Below are positions 26,523 to 39,910 of a stretch of 64,000 bases of DNA, piece by piece. Source of the DNA: Balanoglossus misakiensis. Lineage: Eukaryota; Animalia; Hemichordata. The notes beneath the pieces were generated by a model. That model worked only from the letters and a program-made list of their open reading frames with translations, was not told where the DNA came from and made no database searches. The DNA lies in the NCBI GenBank assembly GCA_040954595.2, contig CM082583.2, positions 8,120,849 to 8,184,848 on the forward strand. Direction: 5' to 3'. Position numbers and translations under genes: made by a program. How positions within the stretch are numbered: position 1 is the first letter of the stretch; each line of letters opens with the position of its first letter.

Positions 26523-28688
26523 TCATGTATACAGGTCCAATGAATCCCAAAAGTCGCACTTTTCTTTCAGGTAGTCGGTGTCGACCCGGTTACGGGGTGT
26601 CTTAAGGTGCATGTAACTCCACCCTGTCAAGTTACTATACACTGGCCAGTAAGCAAATTCGCTTCTGTCATTCAGAGTGTTACTTTCCGCCCTTTCTTGA
26701 TCTGTACCGCCGTATGGATTACCGGCGTGCGCCAGGTTGGACCAATAATACACCATACTTCGTGACAAGACCTCTTCGGGAGGTGTGTACGAAAACCCTG
26801 CGAGAGGAGCCGTGTGAAAGTCAAACGCCAGTTCAGCTCCGTGACAGGAATAATCTACGCAGTATTCGAATGAAGGGCCCCACGCGTCGAAAGATAATTT
26901 ATGGTCGAACAGATACGTCCAGACGTCGCCGTTGCCGTACTCGACAATTCCGCGAAGAGCGACTCTCTTCGGGCATTCGAATAAGAAGTGGTCGAGAGCT
27001 ATAGATAACTGCTCGCGTTGGTCACTTCCTGGCGGATAGGGAGGGTATTCCGCGATAATTTCCAAAAAATCACCCGGGAAAAATGCAACCATAAAGGCGT
27101 AATAGTCAACGATCGTCATCGCTGTCTGGTATTCCCCAAAAACGACTATACGCGCTTCGTCTGTATTTGTGCCGATTATGATTGGCATTTCCCGGAATTC
27201 TCCGTTTTTAAAAGCGTCTAAGGACTGCTGCGTGACGTCATCACCATCTACGTAAGGCCCCCATGGTTCAAATATCTCAAACAGATTGTGCGGATTAATG
27301 ATGATTTCGCTCGAAATTATCTCTGCCTCTAAGACATCCTCAGCTGATCTGGAGCGCATGCATTGAAGGTTGCCTTGGGGACAAGCCAAAGCCCTGGCAA
27401 CATAGTTACCCTGGGTAACAGCTTCAACAGGAGTTCTGAATGTTAGTGAGAACGGGAAACTCTCCATGATTGTCCGTTGAAACAGACTCCTTCCGTGGCT
27501 TGATGTTAGATGTATAGCAACGGATTGGGCGCCAGCACTTTGTCCTAACAAAGTCACCTATACAAGAACGAAGAGATATAAACAATTAGCACGTTTACGT
27601 TAATTTAAAACTTTGAATAACATTATTGGATATAATCGTATTTATACACATGAATTTTTAATGTCATTTCATTTCATAGTCCACCTACCATGTTTGGATT
27701 GCCTCCAAATGACGCAATGTTGCTCTGCACCCATTCCAGTGCCAAACGCTGGTCCAGTATCCCATAGTTACCGCGAGTCTCTCCTTCTCCATCTTCGGTC
27801 ACCAAGAAACCAAACGTACCTTTTAAAAATAGTATACGTATAGCCTGGGAGTCGCTTTCTCGGACAAAATGGACGCCAAACCGGTGAATGTCTGCTAACG
27901 GTTAAGCACCAACAAGAAGCTCCAACAACGTGTTTGTGAAAATGTATTTATTCGAACCAGTGTAAACGCTTGCAATGTTGTACTAGTATTTGAAACAACA
28001 CCAGAAGTTGCTGACTGGAAAAGCAGTGTACCTACCAAGTCTGTAGTTGATGAACACCATCACCGTTTCCGTGTGATTCGCGTAGTACCTGCCGTCAGTC
28101 ATGAAGGAGTAGCCAGCTCCTTGAGTAAATCTTCCGCCGTGTATAAACAGCATAACTGGAAAATTGGAACTGTTGGTAGCGCTCTTAGGCGTGAAGACGG
28201 TGAGATACAGACAATCTTCGCTCACCTGGAAAAAAATGGCACAGTACATGTACAACGTTTCTAATTGAGAAGCTGGGAAATAATTAGAATTGTTGATGTT
28301 CTGTGCCTCTCTCTCTCTTGTGCATACTGTTTTGTGAAAATAGTGGATAAAACAGAAAGAGCTCGTTGAATTTGATAAACATACCGTTTGGGGACAGACA
28401 CGTAATGGTAGTCGACAGTGTTGATAGCAACCCGGCGGGATTCTGTCGGCTGGGTAGACGTCGGGCCTCCAGCCGTCCAAGGGGTATCGGAGCCCGCCAT
28501 CGGTTTTCTCCGACGGGCGGCACGGCGTAAGGAATGCCGTAGAAGGCGTTCGACGATTCGAGGTGCACTCCCTCCACCATCCCGTTCCTTGTCTCCACCA
28601 CTGGCCCAGTTTCACTCGCCGCCCAGGCATGGTCGATTGGGAGACTCGTGAAAAGCAGAAAGAAACTGGACAGAACTGACGAATGCAT
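26523..28688 (-). pseudogene. Type-B carboxylesterase copy 1 with a +1 frameshift in exon 1 (pseudogene, null allele or assembly error)
   Basis: Exons 28385-28688, 28036-28225, 27689-27819, 26523-27557. Plus strand CCAAGGGGTATCGG (4 G, 28481-28484) versus CCAAGGGTATCGG in copy 2 shifts RAPIPL-DGWRPDVYP out of frame. Otherwise intact: GQSAG, GTNTDE, CHGAEL. Confidence 0.75.
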
Positions 28689-29631
28689 CTCTCTCTTCCA
28701 ATACCGAATCATCGATATGCGTGGACAGTCAATTATGTTAACTTAGTACATGTAGATACATGAACTTGTCGGCGCTCTGGGTAGGATGGACCATTTCAAT
28801 TTAGGGAGGCCGACAGGCGTTACCGAGCACATGATACCTGCATGTTACACAAGGTCATCGCCCCACCTCAAATGATGAAACGAATTTCATCTACCGCTGT
28901 GTATAAATGTGATAGAAAGTTTGGTTAAATGTGCAAAAAAGTTCAATGAGACAGGATACATTACTGCATCTCTGTTTAAAGGAATTTAAAATATCTGAAT
29001 TCAGACTCCAGTCTGGCGTCCTCTAATACTAATTTACATGGTGAAAGAATCAGACGTCATCTTGGATCTGTCGTCCCTGAACTTTGTTTGACAGAACGTT
29101 TGAAATGAGTGGGCACCTTCATCTTCATCATTCTCGTGTGTGACCTGCATTTTGGTGTTGTGTGATGATGCTGCCTTTTTTGTCAGCGCTGTTTGGTTGT
29201 TTTCCATGACGAATAATATGAGGTTAGTGCGAAAATACCGCAAAGTATGCACGAGGACATTAGCGCCGCGTATTATTGTTTGATAAAAAAAAACCTCCAG
29301 AAAGCTGGAGGTGGTGGTATGAACGATCAGTGTTCGCTTGATTCACCTTACATGGGTATTTGCATGTTCAAATGCATTCGGATACCTTTATTTTTCTATC
29401 CTGAGAGAAAATGTGGCTAAAAAATGAAGCACTGAAATTACATAATACATGTATTCAATTAACTACAACTAGGTCTACTGCAAAATCAATAAATGTGCGG
29501 TAGTGCTAAGCATAATCAATTTCCTGTACTTTTTTATCTGCACAAAGTGTTTCCTACTGCATCCTAGTTGTGATTTGTGCTGTCGTTTGGTTATAACTAA
29601 ACACTGTCTGTAGGATTCACCAATGATGAAT

Positions 29632-31843
29632 TCATGGGTACAAGTCCAAAGAGTCCCAGAAATCACACTTTTCTTCTAGGTAGTCGGTGTCGACCTGGTC
29701 ACGTGGTGTCATAAAGTGCATGAAACTCCAATCTGTTGAGTTTCCATACCGAGGCCAATGAACGGGTTCGTGTCGTTCGTTCATCGTGTTATTGGCCGCG
29801 CCTTCTTGGTGGGTGCCGCCGTTCGGATTACCGGCGTGCGCCAGGTTGGACCAGTAGTACACCATACTTCGCGACAGGACCTCTTCGGGAGGTGTGTACG
29901 GAAACCCTCCGAGAGGGGCGGTGTTGAAGAGAAACGCCAGTTCAGCTCCGTGACAGGAGTAATCTACGCAGTATTCGAAGAAAGGGCCCCACGCGTCGAA
30001 AGATAACTTATGGTCGAACAGATACGTCCAGACGTCGCCGTTGCCGTTGTGGTACTCGACAATGCCGCGGAGAGCGACTCTCTTCGGGCATTCGAATAAG
30101 AAGTGGTCGAGAGCTATAGATAACTGCTCGCGTTGGTCACTTCCTGGCGGATAGGGAGGGTATTCCGCGATAATTTCCAAAAAATCACCCGGGAAAAATG
30201 CAGCCATGAATGCGTAATAGTCAACGATCGTCATCGCTGTTTGGAACGCTCCAAAAACGCTAATACGCGCTTCGTCAGAATTTGTGCCGATTATGATCGG
30301 CATATCCCGAAATTCTCTGTTTTTAAAAGCGTCTAAGGACTGCTGCGTGACGTCATCCCCATCTACATAAGGCCCCCATGGTTCAAATATCTCAAACAGA
30401 TTGTGCGGATTAATGACAATCTGTCCTGAATATATCTGTGCCTCCAAGACATCCTCGGCCGACCGAGAGCGCATGCATTGAAGGTTGCCATGGGGACAAG
30501 CCAATGCCCCGGCAACATGGTTACCCAGGGCGACAGCTTCAACGGGACTTTTAAATGTTACTGAGAAAGGAAAACTTTCGATGATTGCCCGTTGAAACAG
30601 ACTTCTTCCGTGACTCGATGTTAGATGTATAGCAACGGACTGGGCGCCAGCACTTTGTCCAAACAAAGTTACCTATACAAGAGCGAAGATATAACATAAG
30701 CAATTAAAATGAATGCAAAACGTATAACCCGATCAAAGAGGGTGAACACTGACCTTTTGAGAAAGTGCTAGTATAAAGGGAAGTCTTTGAATGCCGTTTC
30801 ACCTCGTAGTATACCTACCAGGTTTGGATTGCCTCCAAAAGACGCAATGTTGTTCTGCACCCACTCCATTGCCAAACGCTGGTCCAGTATCCCATAGTTA
30901 CCGCGAGTCTCTCCTTCTCCATCTTCGGTCACCAAGAAACCAAACGCACCTGTCAACACGTGCATGCATTAATAATATTAGAACAGCCAAGAGGGTTTGA
31001 TGATCGTTTTCTATCATTAAGGTAACAAACAATCTTTTGGCCAATTTAAAACCTGTTTATCTTACTGGACATTATTTTCTCGATTTTTTTATTTTCTCGT
31101 TTTTTTCGCTAGCATTCACAAGGTATCCGCCAAAGTAGACCAGTGCATGATGTCCGCTTACGGTTACAAGTAAAACACGCTTATCCCCCAGTACCTACCA
31201 AGTCTGTAGTTGATAAATACCATCACCGTTTCCGTGTGATTAGCGTAGAACCTGCCGTCAGTCAAGTAAGAGTAGCCAGAACCCTGAATAAATCTTCCGC
31301 CGTGTATAAAAAGCATAACTGGAAAATTGGAACTGTTAGTGGCGGTCTTGGGCGTGAAGACGGTGAGATACAGACAATCTTCGCTCGCCTGGTGGGTTTT
31401 GAGAAATTGGGATATACATGTAATTAGAATTGCCAATGTCGTGCTTCGAGGAAACTTCGAAACGCAGACGTATACTCTTTTGTGAAAAAATGAGAAAGGG
31501 GGCAAAACAGTGAGAGAGAACACGTAACTTGATAACCTACCACTTGGGGACAAGTATATAACGGTTGTCGACAGTGTTGATAGCAACCAGGCGGGATTCT
31601 GTCGGCTGGGTAGACGTCGGGCCTCCAGCTGTCCAAGGGTATCGGAGCCCGCCATCGGTTTTCTCCGACGGGCGGCACGGCGTAAGGAATGCCGTAGAAG
31701 GCGTTCGACGATTCGAGGTGCACTCCCTCCACCATCCCGTTCCGTGTCTCCAACACTGGCCCAGTTTCACTCGCCGCCCAGGCATGGTCGATTGGGAGAC
31801 TCATGAAAAGCAGAAAGTAAATGGACACAACTGACGGATGCAT
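29632..31843 (-). CDS. Secreted type-B carboxylesterase/cholinesterase-like protein, copy 2 (4 exons)
   Basis: Exons 31541-31843, 31199-31388, 30819-30949, 29632-30672. Signal peptide [23 protein letters not shown]; [36 protein letters not shown] nucleophile, GTNSDE, CHGAEL; ends [12 protein letters not shown]. Confidence 0.92.
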
Positions 31844-32475
31844 CTTTCTCTTCCACTACGAAATCGCCAATATTCGCGGTCAACAAGTTCTGTTAATACT
31901 TATAGGCGATCTGAGTAAGGATGGACTATTTTCAATTTAGGGAGGTCGGACAGGGGTTATTGAACTCCTTGCCCGCATGTCTAGGCCTAAATTTTCAAAG
32001 TCACCCACCATCCGAGTGTTGTGTAAGACACTGGCTCCATGGGCCTTTATATCTGCAACACTTGCAAAGTAGTCATGACTCGGCAGGTCCGTGCGTGGGA
32101 CCCGCAGTTTTGCACAAAACATATTCAACGGTGCTGGTCGTGGACTTGAGATGGTCCCCTTCGAAATTTAGCCAGACTTGCCATAGGGCGGGTAGCCGCT
32201 ATATCTTTTCCCACTGTCACTCCGCAAGTAAACTTTCGTCCTTTTATACAAAGACCGAAAAGACGCAAACACGTGTCCCAGAGGGGAAAAACTAAATTTT
32301 ATTCATAGAAAAACATCTTTCCACATGTAATATAAATTTATACAGTAGCTCTATCGTGTAAATACATTTGAGAAGACTGCTGTCACGTACACCAAAAACT
32401 ACACTAATGCCGAACACCCGTTTGTTGCCCACTTCGGGCAACTCAGTTATGATTCGTAGCAGTTTCGAACAGAAA

Positions 32476-35353
32476 TCAAGGGTAGACATTTAGGGAATCC
32501 CAAAAATCACACTTTTCTATCAGGAAGTCCTTGTCGACCCGGTCACGTGGCGTCATGAAACGCATAAAGCTCCACTCTGTCGATTCTCGGTACTTTGGCC
32601 AATGGACAAAGTCATTTTGACCGATCGCCGCGTCTTCTTTCCAAGAATCGTCGTTTGGGTTGCCGGAGTGCGCCATGTTGGACCAGTAGTGCACCATACT
32701 TCGCGACAAGGTCTCCTCGTCGGGCGTCAGGTGAAATCCGCCGCCTGAGCGAGCGCTGTGGAACACGAAGGGGAGGTCGATTCCGTGACACGGGTGGCCG
32801 TCGCAAAATTGCCAGAGCGGGCCCCATCCGTTAAACGACGACGCTTGTTCGAACCTGTACATCCAGGCAACGCCGCCGCGTCCGTGTTCAGCGACACCGC
32901 GCATTGCCGCTCGCAGCGGGCACTCGAATACCAAATGATTGGCCAGAATGATGAGAGCTTCACGCTGGTCATATCCCGGTAGGGCGGGCGGGTATTCTTC
33001 GACCACTTCAAAGAAATTGTCAGGGAGAAAGGTGTATATAAACGAGAAATACTCGATGATCCTGGTTATTGGTTGGCGGAGTGCCATGAAAATGTTAATG
33101 CGAGTTTCATCTGACGTCGTCCCCATCATGATTGGCACCTTGCTAAAATGACCAGTCCTGAACGCGTCAATTGGTTGGAGCGTGACATCTATCCCGTCTA
33201 TGTGTGGTCCCCAAGTTTGAAACACCTGGAGCAAACTGTTAGGATTGACTACAGTTGCCCCGCAAGTCTTTTGCGCATTTAGCAGATCATCGGACGATTT
33301 CGAGCGCAAGCGGTTCATGTCGCCTTGACGACAGTCCAGTGCATCGGCGAAGCAGTCGCCGAGAGCGATGGCCTCGAAGTCTTCCTTGAATGGAACGCCA
33401 AAGGGTGCGCTCTGGAGAATTGCCCGGTGAAACAGATTCTTACTGCGCTTTGATGACAAATGTGCGGCAACCGATTGTGCACCGGCGCTCTGCCCGAATG
33501 CGGTTACCTAGACGGAAAAGAAACACACAACCTCTTGTAACAAATATTTAGTAAAGAACTGAAAAGCTCATATACTGCCACATATTGAGAACACGAACTT
33601 GTAAATTAGTAGTTGTACGGTATATATCATAAATGGATAGTAGTGGTGGTGGTGGTACTGTAGGCGGACAGTGGCCACTGCGAAACAAATTTTACTATCA
33701 CTACCTTATTTGGATTGCCTCCAAATGACGCAATGTTGGCCTGAACCCACTCCATTGCCAAACGCTGGTCTAGTATCCCATAGTTACCGGTGGCGTCTTC
33801 ACTCTTGTTTCCAGTCACCAGGAAACCAAATGCACCTAAGCAAGAAAACAGATATGAAGGAAATATGGTAAAGGGTCAGCTCAGAAAATAATACATGTAG
33901 GCCAGCCTATATTTGACGGCATCCATCTTGGTCACACACTGATGGAAAACATGGAAATTATATTGTAACCGCAAACCTCCCATGTCACGACACTCACCAA
34001 GCCTGTAGTTGGGGAGCACCATGACGACCTCCTGATGCTTGGCGTAGAAGGTGCCGTCTGTGAGAGGTGTGTACGCAGCTCCCTGCTCGAAGTTTCCTCC
34101 GTGTAAAAACAACATAACCGGGAGATTTGAACTGTTGGTGGCGCTTCCAGGCGTGAATACAGTGACGTACAAGCAGTCTTCACTCACCTAAAAATGATAA
34201 CGCAGTTTGCAGAGGATTCTTAATTTCAAGTTTTACATTTTTTTTAATATATAAAATTAACAATAAGGGCCACCACAAAATGGATTGGTCAATTTCAGCA
34301 CTGACTCTTCTCATCACGCAAGCCGATTTTTTTGGAAACGAGGTTTTAAAAATTAAGAACATGTACTAATACGTTCAGAAATCCTTACAAATTAACAAGT
34401 ACATGTACAGCAATAGTATGTACATTTGTATACGCATTCCCCGATCTGACAGCTTTCGGTAACTTGAAGTTGCCCGAGTCACTGTAACTCCATGCCCGAG
34501 TTAACAGTGACCATGCGAGGGTGACGTCGTGTGTGAGAGATATTTATCATGTAAAATTTCAAACAAGTTATGCACCGCAAATGAAATCTAGGCCCTATCC
34601 ATTGTTTTCAAAAATAATAGATATCCATTGTGTGCTTATAATGAATGGTCGATTCGCGTGACAACATGTTTAATCTAAACAGTGACGTTCGATTGCACTT
34701 GCTTTGTTTTACATATTATATCACAGGAAACTGAGAAATTGGACTGATTTTGGTGGTTGTTGTATAAAAAATTAAGAACTCCGCCAATTTCAAGTTCTGT
34801 CAATCACGTTTTGATGTTGAAAATATTAGTAAAAGAACAGTCATTATAAATTATAGATTTCCATTAAACTGGGGGAACGCATATCACAAAACGATTTAAA
34901 GGAAAAGGTACGATGGATTTGTTTGAGTTCGAACACGCCAATCAGTAAATATGAAACTTTCATAACTATGAAAGCGAGCCATCCGTCGCGTTGGTGACGG
35001 TGTTTTTTTCTGACTTTCACGAAAGCCAATTCTAAAATGTTAATACCAACCGTCTCCGGGCATGTGTGTGGAGGAAGAAAACAGTCCTGGAAACAACCTG
35101 GAGGAACTGTTTTAGCCTGGTAGACATTTGGCTTCCAACTGTTGGCAGGCATCGGCGGTTGCCACCGATTGTCGCCGACGGGTGGCTCGGCGTACGGAAT
35201 ACCGAAGAAGGCGTTGACTGAGCGCAGACGGATCCCCTCTACCGGTCCGTTGGTTGTTTCAACCACCGGGCCCGTTGCGCCTGATGTCCGGACGTAGCCG
35301 AGCAAAAAGAGCATAGCATAAAGGGTGGATTTTGATACCCCCGACAACGACAT
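32476..35353 (-). CDS. Secreted type-B carboxylesterase/cholinesterase-like protein, copy 3 (more divergent)
   Basis: Exons 35051-35353, 33998-34187, ~33705-33835, 32476-33507, same intron positions as copies 1-2. [41 protein letters not shown]. Start Met ([18 protein letters not shown]) is inferred. Confidence 0.9.
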
Positions 35354-35793
35354 TTTGGCGTATGGTCCGTCGTGTAGTGCTTTTGCTATGCTTTGTATAT
35401 GGGGCTTGGTTCCGCGGCCGAGATTTGTTAAAAGTATATGGTCAGACCATTTCATGACGGGGAGGTCACTACAAAATCAACGGCAACTTTGCTACAGCTG
35501 GATTGTCTTTACCACAAATACTCATGCTCTTTCCCTCTGTATCATCGAGGGGGTTAGATCGCACTGGTCACACTTGGTCGACTTTTTGGATTATCAGTCT
35601 ACGTGTCCAAATTTTGAAAGGTCGATTTATTGATGAGTTATTATAATGACAATTCAACGAGACACGAGAGTGATTTCAGGGTGCAGGATGTAGAACATGT
35701 CTTATTCACGTTTCAAACAAACATTTCACCATGTCTTGTGATTTGTTGAATATTGTATCATGTGATATGTCACATGATCAATATTCCCGATAG

Positions 35794-35806
35794 GGGTCAA
35801 AGGTTA
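35794..35806 (+). promoter_or_regulatory. Nuclear-receptor DR1 element (HNF4/COUP/RXR type) in the divergent esterase/epimerase promoter
   Basis: GGGTCA-A-AGGTTA, ~60 bp upstream of the epimerase ATG. Confidence 0.5.
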
Positions 35807-35864
35807 CTTGGCGGTCGACATCTGCGGCAAATACATACACGTATATACGAAGCTTCGAAGAACG

Positions 35865-38800
35865 ATGGCGAGCAACTCTGATTTGGTTGTGCTGCAGAGA
35901 AGTGAAGATACGTCAGTTACAGTGCACTTGCATGGTAAGAAATTGTAGTATGGTCATTAATCGTCAGATTGTGGGCAAGTTCCGTCGGGACAACTACTGT
36001 ACGAGGAAACGCTGAACGGAACTTCGAAGTCATTCGACTGGTCGGGGGGTGTGCATCCTATAATAGTAAACAAGAAATTGGGAGGGTTGTGTGTAGATAT
36101 TGTGGGTTGCGTGATATGGCGTGTTATTTACGCTAGCTAAACGAAATTTCGACAAATGTCTGATGTGTTGTTTTAAACGCGATTTGCACGTAATCGTGCT
36201 CAGAAAAGAAGAGCTCTCTGATTGTGTACACGCCCCCGGGTGACCCCATGCATGACCTCGGGATTTTTCTCCCTAAGTGCAGGTGAAGTTTCATCCCAGT
36301 ACTACGGTTCGCGTGCAGTGCACAATTAAAATAAAGCAACCCTTTTGACATTTTTAAAACAGGATATATTATATGTTGCATATTTGGTAAAGTAAAGAAA
36401 CAAACCAATACATGACTCGCACCATCAAAAAGTTTCCAAGGACAAAACATAACTTGAGCAGGGCGATGTTTAATATATTATGTTGATGCCAATGACAGCA
36501 ATGATCAGTTACATGGTTCTGTTTTCTGTTTATGTTTTGTTGTTGCGTGTAACAGGAGCTACAGTGATATCATGGAAGTGTTGTGGAGAAGAAATGATCT
36601 TTGTCAGGTAAGGATAGGATAGGATAGGAGCATTCCAGCTAAAAATTATTCATCAAAAGCCTCTTTTTTTGAGTGCATTCTCTGTGACATTACAAGTGAT
36701 GTTTATTTTCTGCAGCAAACAGGCTGTGTACGACAACAAGAAGGCGATCAGAGGGGGAATTCCACTTGTCTTCCGTGAGTTACTAAAATTTCTGTCTCAT
36801 TTTCCTTCCTTTTGTCAAACATTTGTCAACTTTTCTCGTGGCCAATCAGACGCTGTGCCAAGGGGAAAATGTTCCTTGATTGGCTAAATGTTTGATAGAG
36901 TTCACAAAATTTCAGCAAACCATACAAGAATGTCAATTGAGCACATTATTAATGAAAATCGTTATCTTGTATTTTTCAGCGAATTTCGGTCCCTGGGATC
37001 TCGGTCCACAGCATGGTTTTGCTAGGATCTCTCGGTGGAATTTGAGTCAGGCTCCAGCAAAGGTAAGATTCCAGAAGAAGGATTCCACCATTTTACAGAT
37101 ATCAATCTACATGGATGTGCCACATTGTATTTTGAAATTATCATTGCTAGTCAAGAAATGCTGAAATCAGCCTGTTTGTAAGTTTTCTGTTAATGAACTG
37201 TTTTCACTGATGTCTTGTGTACTTCAACTCTAGGATAGCAGTGGTAATGTGTCTGCAGTGTTTACACTAGAAGATACAGAAGACACACGCAAAATGTGGA
37301 ATCACAAGTTAGTTTCTACATTTCCATTACTCCTGTTCATGGTCCTTATATATTTTTAAGCATCTTTTTATCTCTATACCTGTATGTACACATTCTTTTG
37401 TCTGACCAGTTATCGTGTTATATCATGGAGAAGTCGTGGGTGGAATTTTCACTTTCACTGTCAATCATTGCACTGTGGAAACAATAATAAAACAATTGCA
37501 ATTTACTTTTTTTCAGATTTAAACTCGCTTACACCCTGACACTGAAAAAATGTGAATTTCAAATGGACTTTGCTGTTGAAAATACAGGTTTGTGTCTTTT
37601 CGTTTTGTCACAGTGCTTGTACAGAATGCTCCAGCATATTAAGTTAATCATACAAAGATACTCTGTCAGTCAATTTTCTTTTTGATTAGTCTGTGTGGGT
37701 GTTAAAATCAAAATGGAACTCTTTCTGTACCGTGAAACATTTCAGCACCTGTGAAATTGTAGCCAGAAATAATGGGTTAACGCTCTCACTCTATGTTTGC
37801 GTTTGATTCAGGTTCTGATGACTTTGACTTCACATGCCTTCTCCACACGTACTTCCGTGTGTCAGATGTTGCCAAGACAACGGTGTCAGGACTGAAGGGA
37901 CTCCAATATTCTGATAAGGTACGGGTGGTCTTTTGCCATATACTAGCAAATTAAGTGATACCATGGCAACAGCGCCATGACTGAAGAGATACAGTACCAG
38001 TATTTTCACACATTTGACTGAAAAAAGTTTGTTGCATTTGGGCGAAACTGCCTTCCCTAAAATGTTTCAAGACACGCCACACTTATATTTTTCCTCTGAA
38101 CTGCAGGTTCGTGATGGACAGACATTCACAGAAGACAGAGAGCTTGTATCACTGGCTGAAAACTACGACAGGTAACTTGAACCGTGGGTTTACCCTCACC
38201 AACCGCCATCTTGTTTCAGTAGAGCATGATGGGATTGACACTTCTGAGCTATTCCCATTTCGCCCAATGCCAACTTGACAATATTGTGATTGTTTCCCTT
38301 GTATATGAATTTACGATTTCTGAATAATTTTATGGTTTTTGATTTGAAGAGAGAAAAAAAGGAAACTTTCCAATAGATTTAGATTATCCTATCCAGTGTT
38401 CTGAACCTTGTTTTTAACATTGATGTATTTCCGTTGGTTTGTACCAGGGTATATAATGGAACGCCGTCTGAGCATACGATAAGCAACGTTTCTGCTGGGC
38501 GGAGTATTCTACTGAAAAAATCCAACCTCCCTGAAACAGGTAAAACTATTGCATGTACATTGTACACTCTGATACACACATACACCAGCAACCACTGGGA
38601 CAGCATGTTGCTGCTTTGATAGTAAATGGTGATTCTGCTTGGACCCAGTCTCTACGTTGTTCTGAAAATCTTCTATATTTCATCGGCAACAAATATTAAT
38701 GCTTGGCTACAAAGTGAAAGAGCTTGTTAGGTTTTGTATGAAAACAATGATACCCAAAACTGTGTACGATTGAATGCCACAGGGCCGCTGCAGCAAGTGT

Positions 38801-39005
38801 TTTATGATATATTTTACATTCTCTGAATTTTGTCTTTGCAGTTGTGTGGAATCCATGGACCGAGAAAGCCAAAGCAATGTCCGACTTTGGAGACGATGAA
38901 TATCCCAACATGCTTTGCGTCGAGGCAGGCCATGTCGCCAAACGGTACAGCTTGTCAGGGGGTGCCAAGTTTGAGGCCTCACAGACTCTGATAATCAAGC
39001 AGTGA
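35865..39005 (+). CDS. Glucose-6-phosphate 1-epimerase (D-hexose-6-phosphate mutarotase, YeaD/YMR099C-like), 10 exons
   Basis: Spliced product MASNSDLVVL..VHLHGATVISWK..KAIRGGIPLVFPNFGPW..PQHGFAR..FTCLLHTYF..NYDRVY..VVWNPWTEKAKAMSDFGDDEYPNMLCVEAG..QTLIIKQ*; catalytic His/His/Glu motifs present; last exon 38842-39005. Confidence 0.93.
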
Positions 39006-39910
39006 CTTGCAAGACTCTAGAAGCAGGGTCACTCCGTAGAGTCAAACCATGGCCTTGTTCAGAAAACGTTCTTGGGTGTGATAACTTGCAGAGGAGCACA
39101 GTTATGAAGAACATCCTTGATGATAAAATTACCGGGTAATAGTTTGGGGAAATGTAATTTGCATAGTGGAATCTGGTGTCGTTTAATGCCTACTGGTAAT
39201 TAATTTGGAAGGAGATGTGGCTCAATTAATATATACCCGTACACGACAACTTTCGGTAGATCATATGTGATCCTGCACAGACAGTGATACTGCCACCAGT
39301 GGCCAAAGATTGCAATCGGACCTCAAATGGGGCCCAATCTGGCTAAGTGTTCAATTGACCCTGCGGTGGCGCACTTTTATTGCGCGTGCCAATCACTGAA
39401 AACCTGTGATTGGCTATATTTAAATTGTCGGTCACATGGTAGCAGGTGTTAAATGTGCAGAGGTGACGGCACATCTGTAATTATAACGTGGGGAGGGGCT
39501 TAATATGAAGCTTGTTTCTGTAATGTGGTAACACTATGCTAACTGCGGATCAAAGAATTCTGAGAGTGAGTAGCGTTCTGCATATTTGTTGCGTAGTTGC
39601 ATATATGTGACGTCACTGGCCATACCCCTACCACCGCCTATCACCAAAGCGAGAGGGCTTTACTAAAATGCGAAGCCACATTAATCGATCGAAAACAAAT
39701 CTAGACGTTGGGACATAAATTGAAGACATTTTCCCCTTTAGAAAGATTTATAAAAAGCTACTCACGAAACGGAGACCTTTGTAGCAGAGAACATAGAAAA
39801 AAAAACACAGCAATTCATCACAACTATTGCCTTTATTTTGTAGTTTTGCACCTAATTTTCAGTTTGGATATATGGCAAGTCCAGAACGAGTAACTAGTAA
39901 AAGCGTGCTA

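Noticed and set aside
26523-35353. Calling the esterases acetylcholinesterase or neuroligin
   Set aside because: GQSAG rather than FGESAG, no choline-binding Trp motif evident, no C-terminal tail or transmembrane segment; catalytic Ser present.
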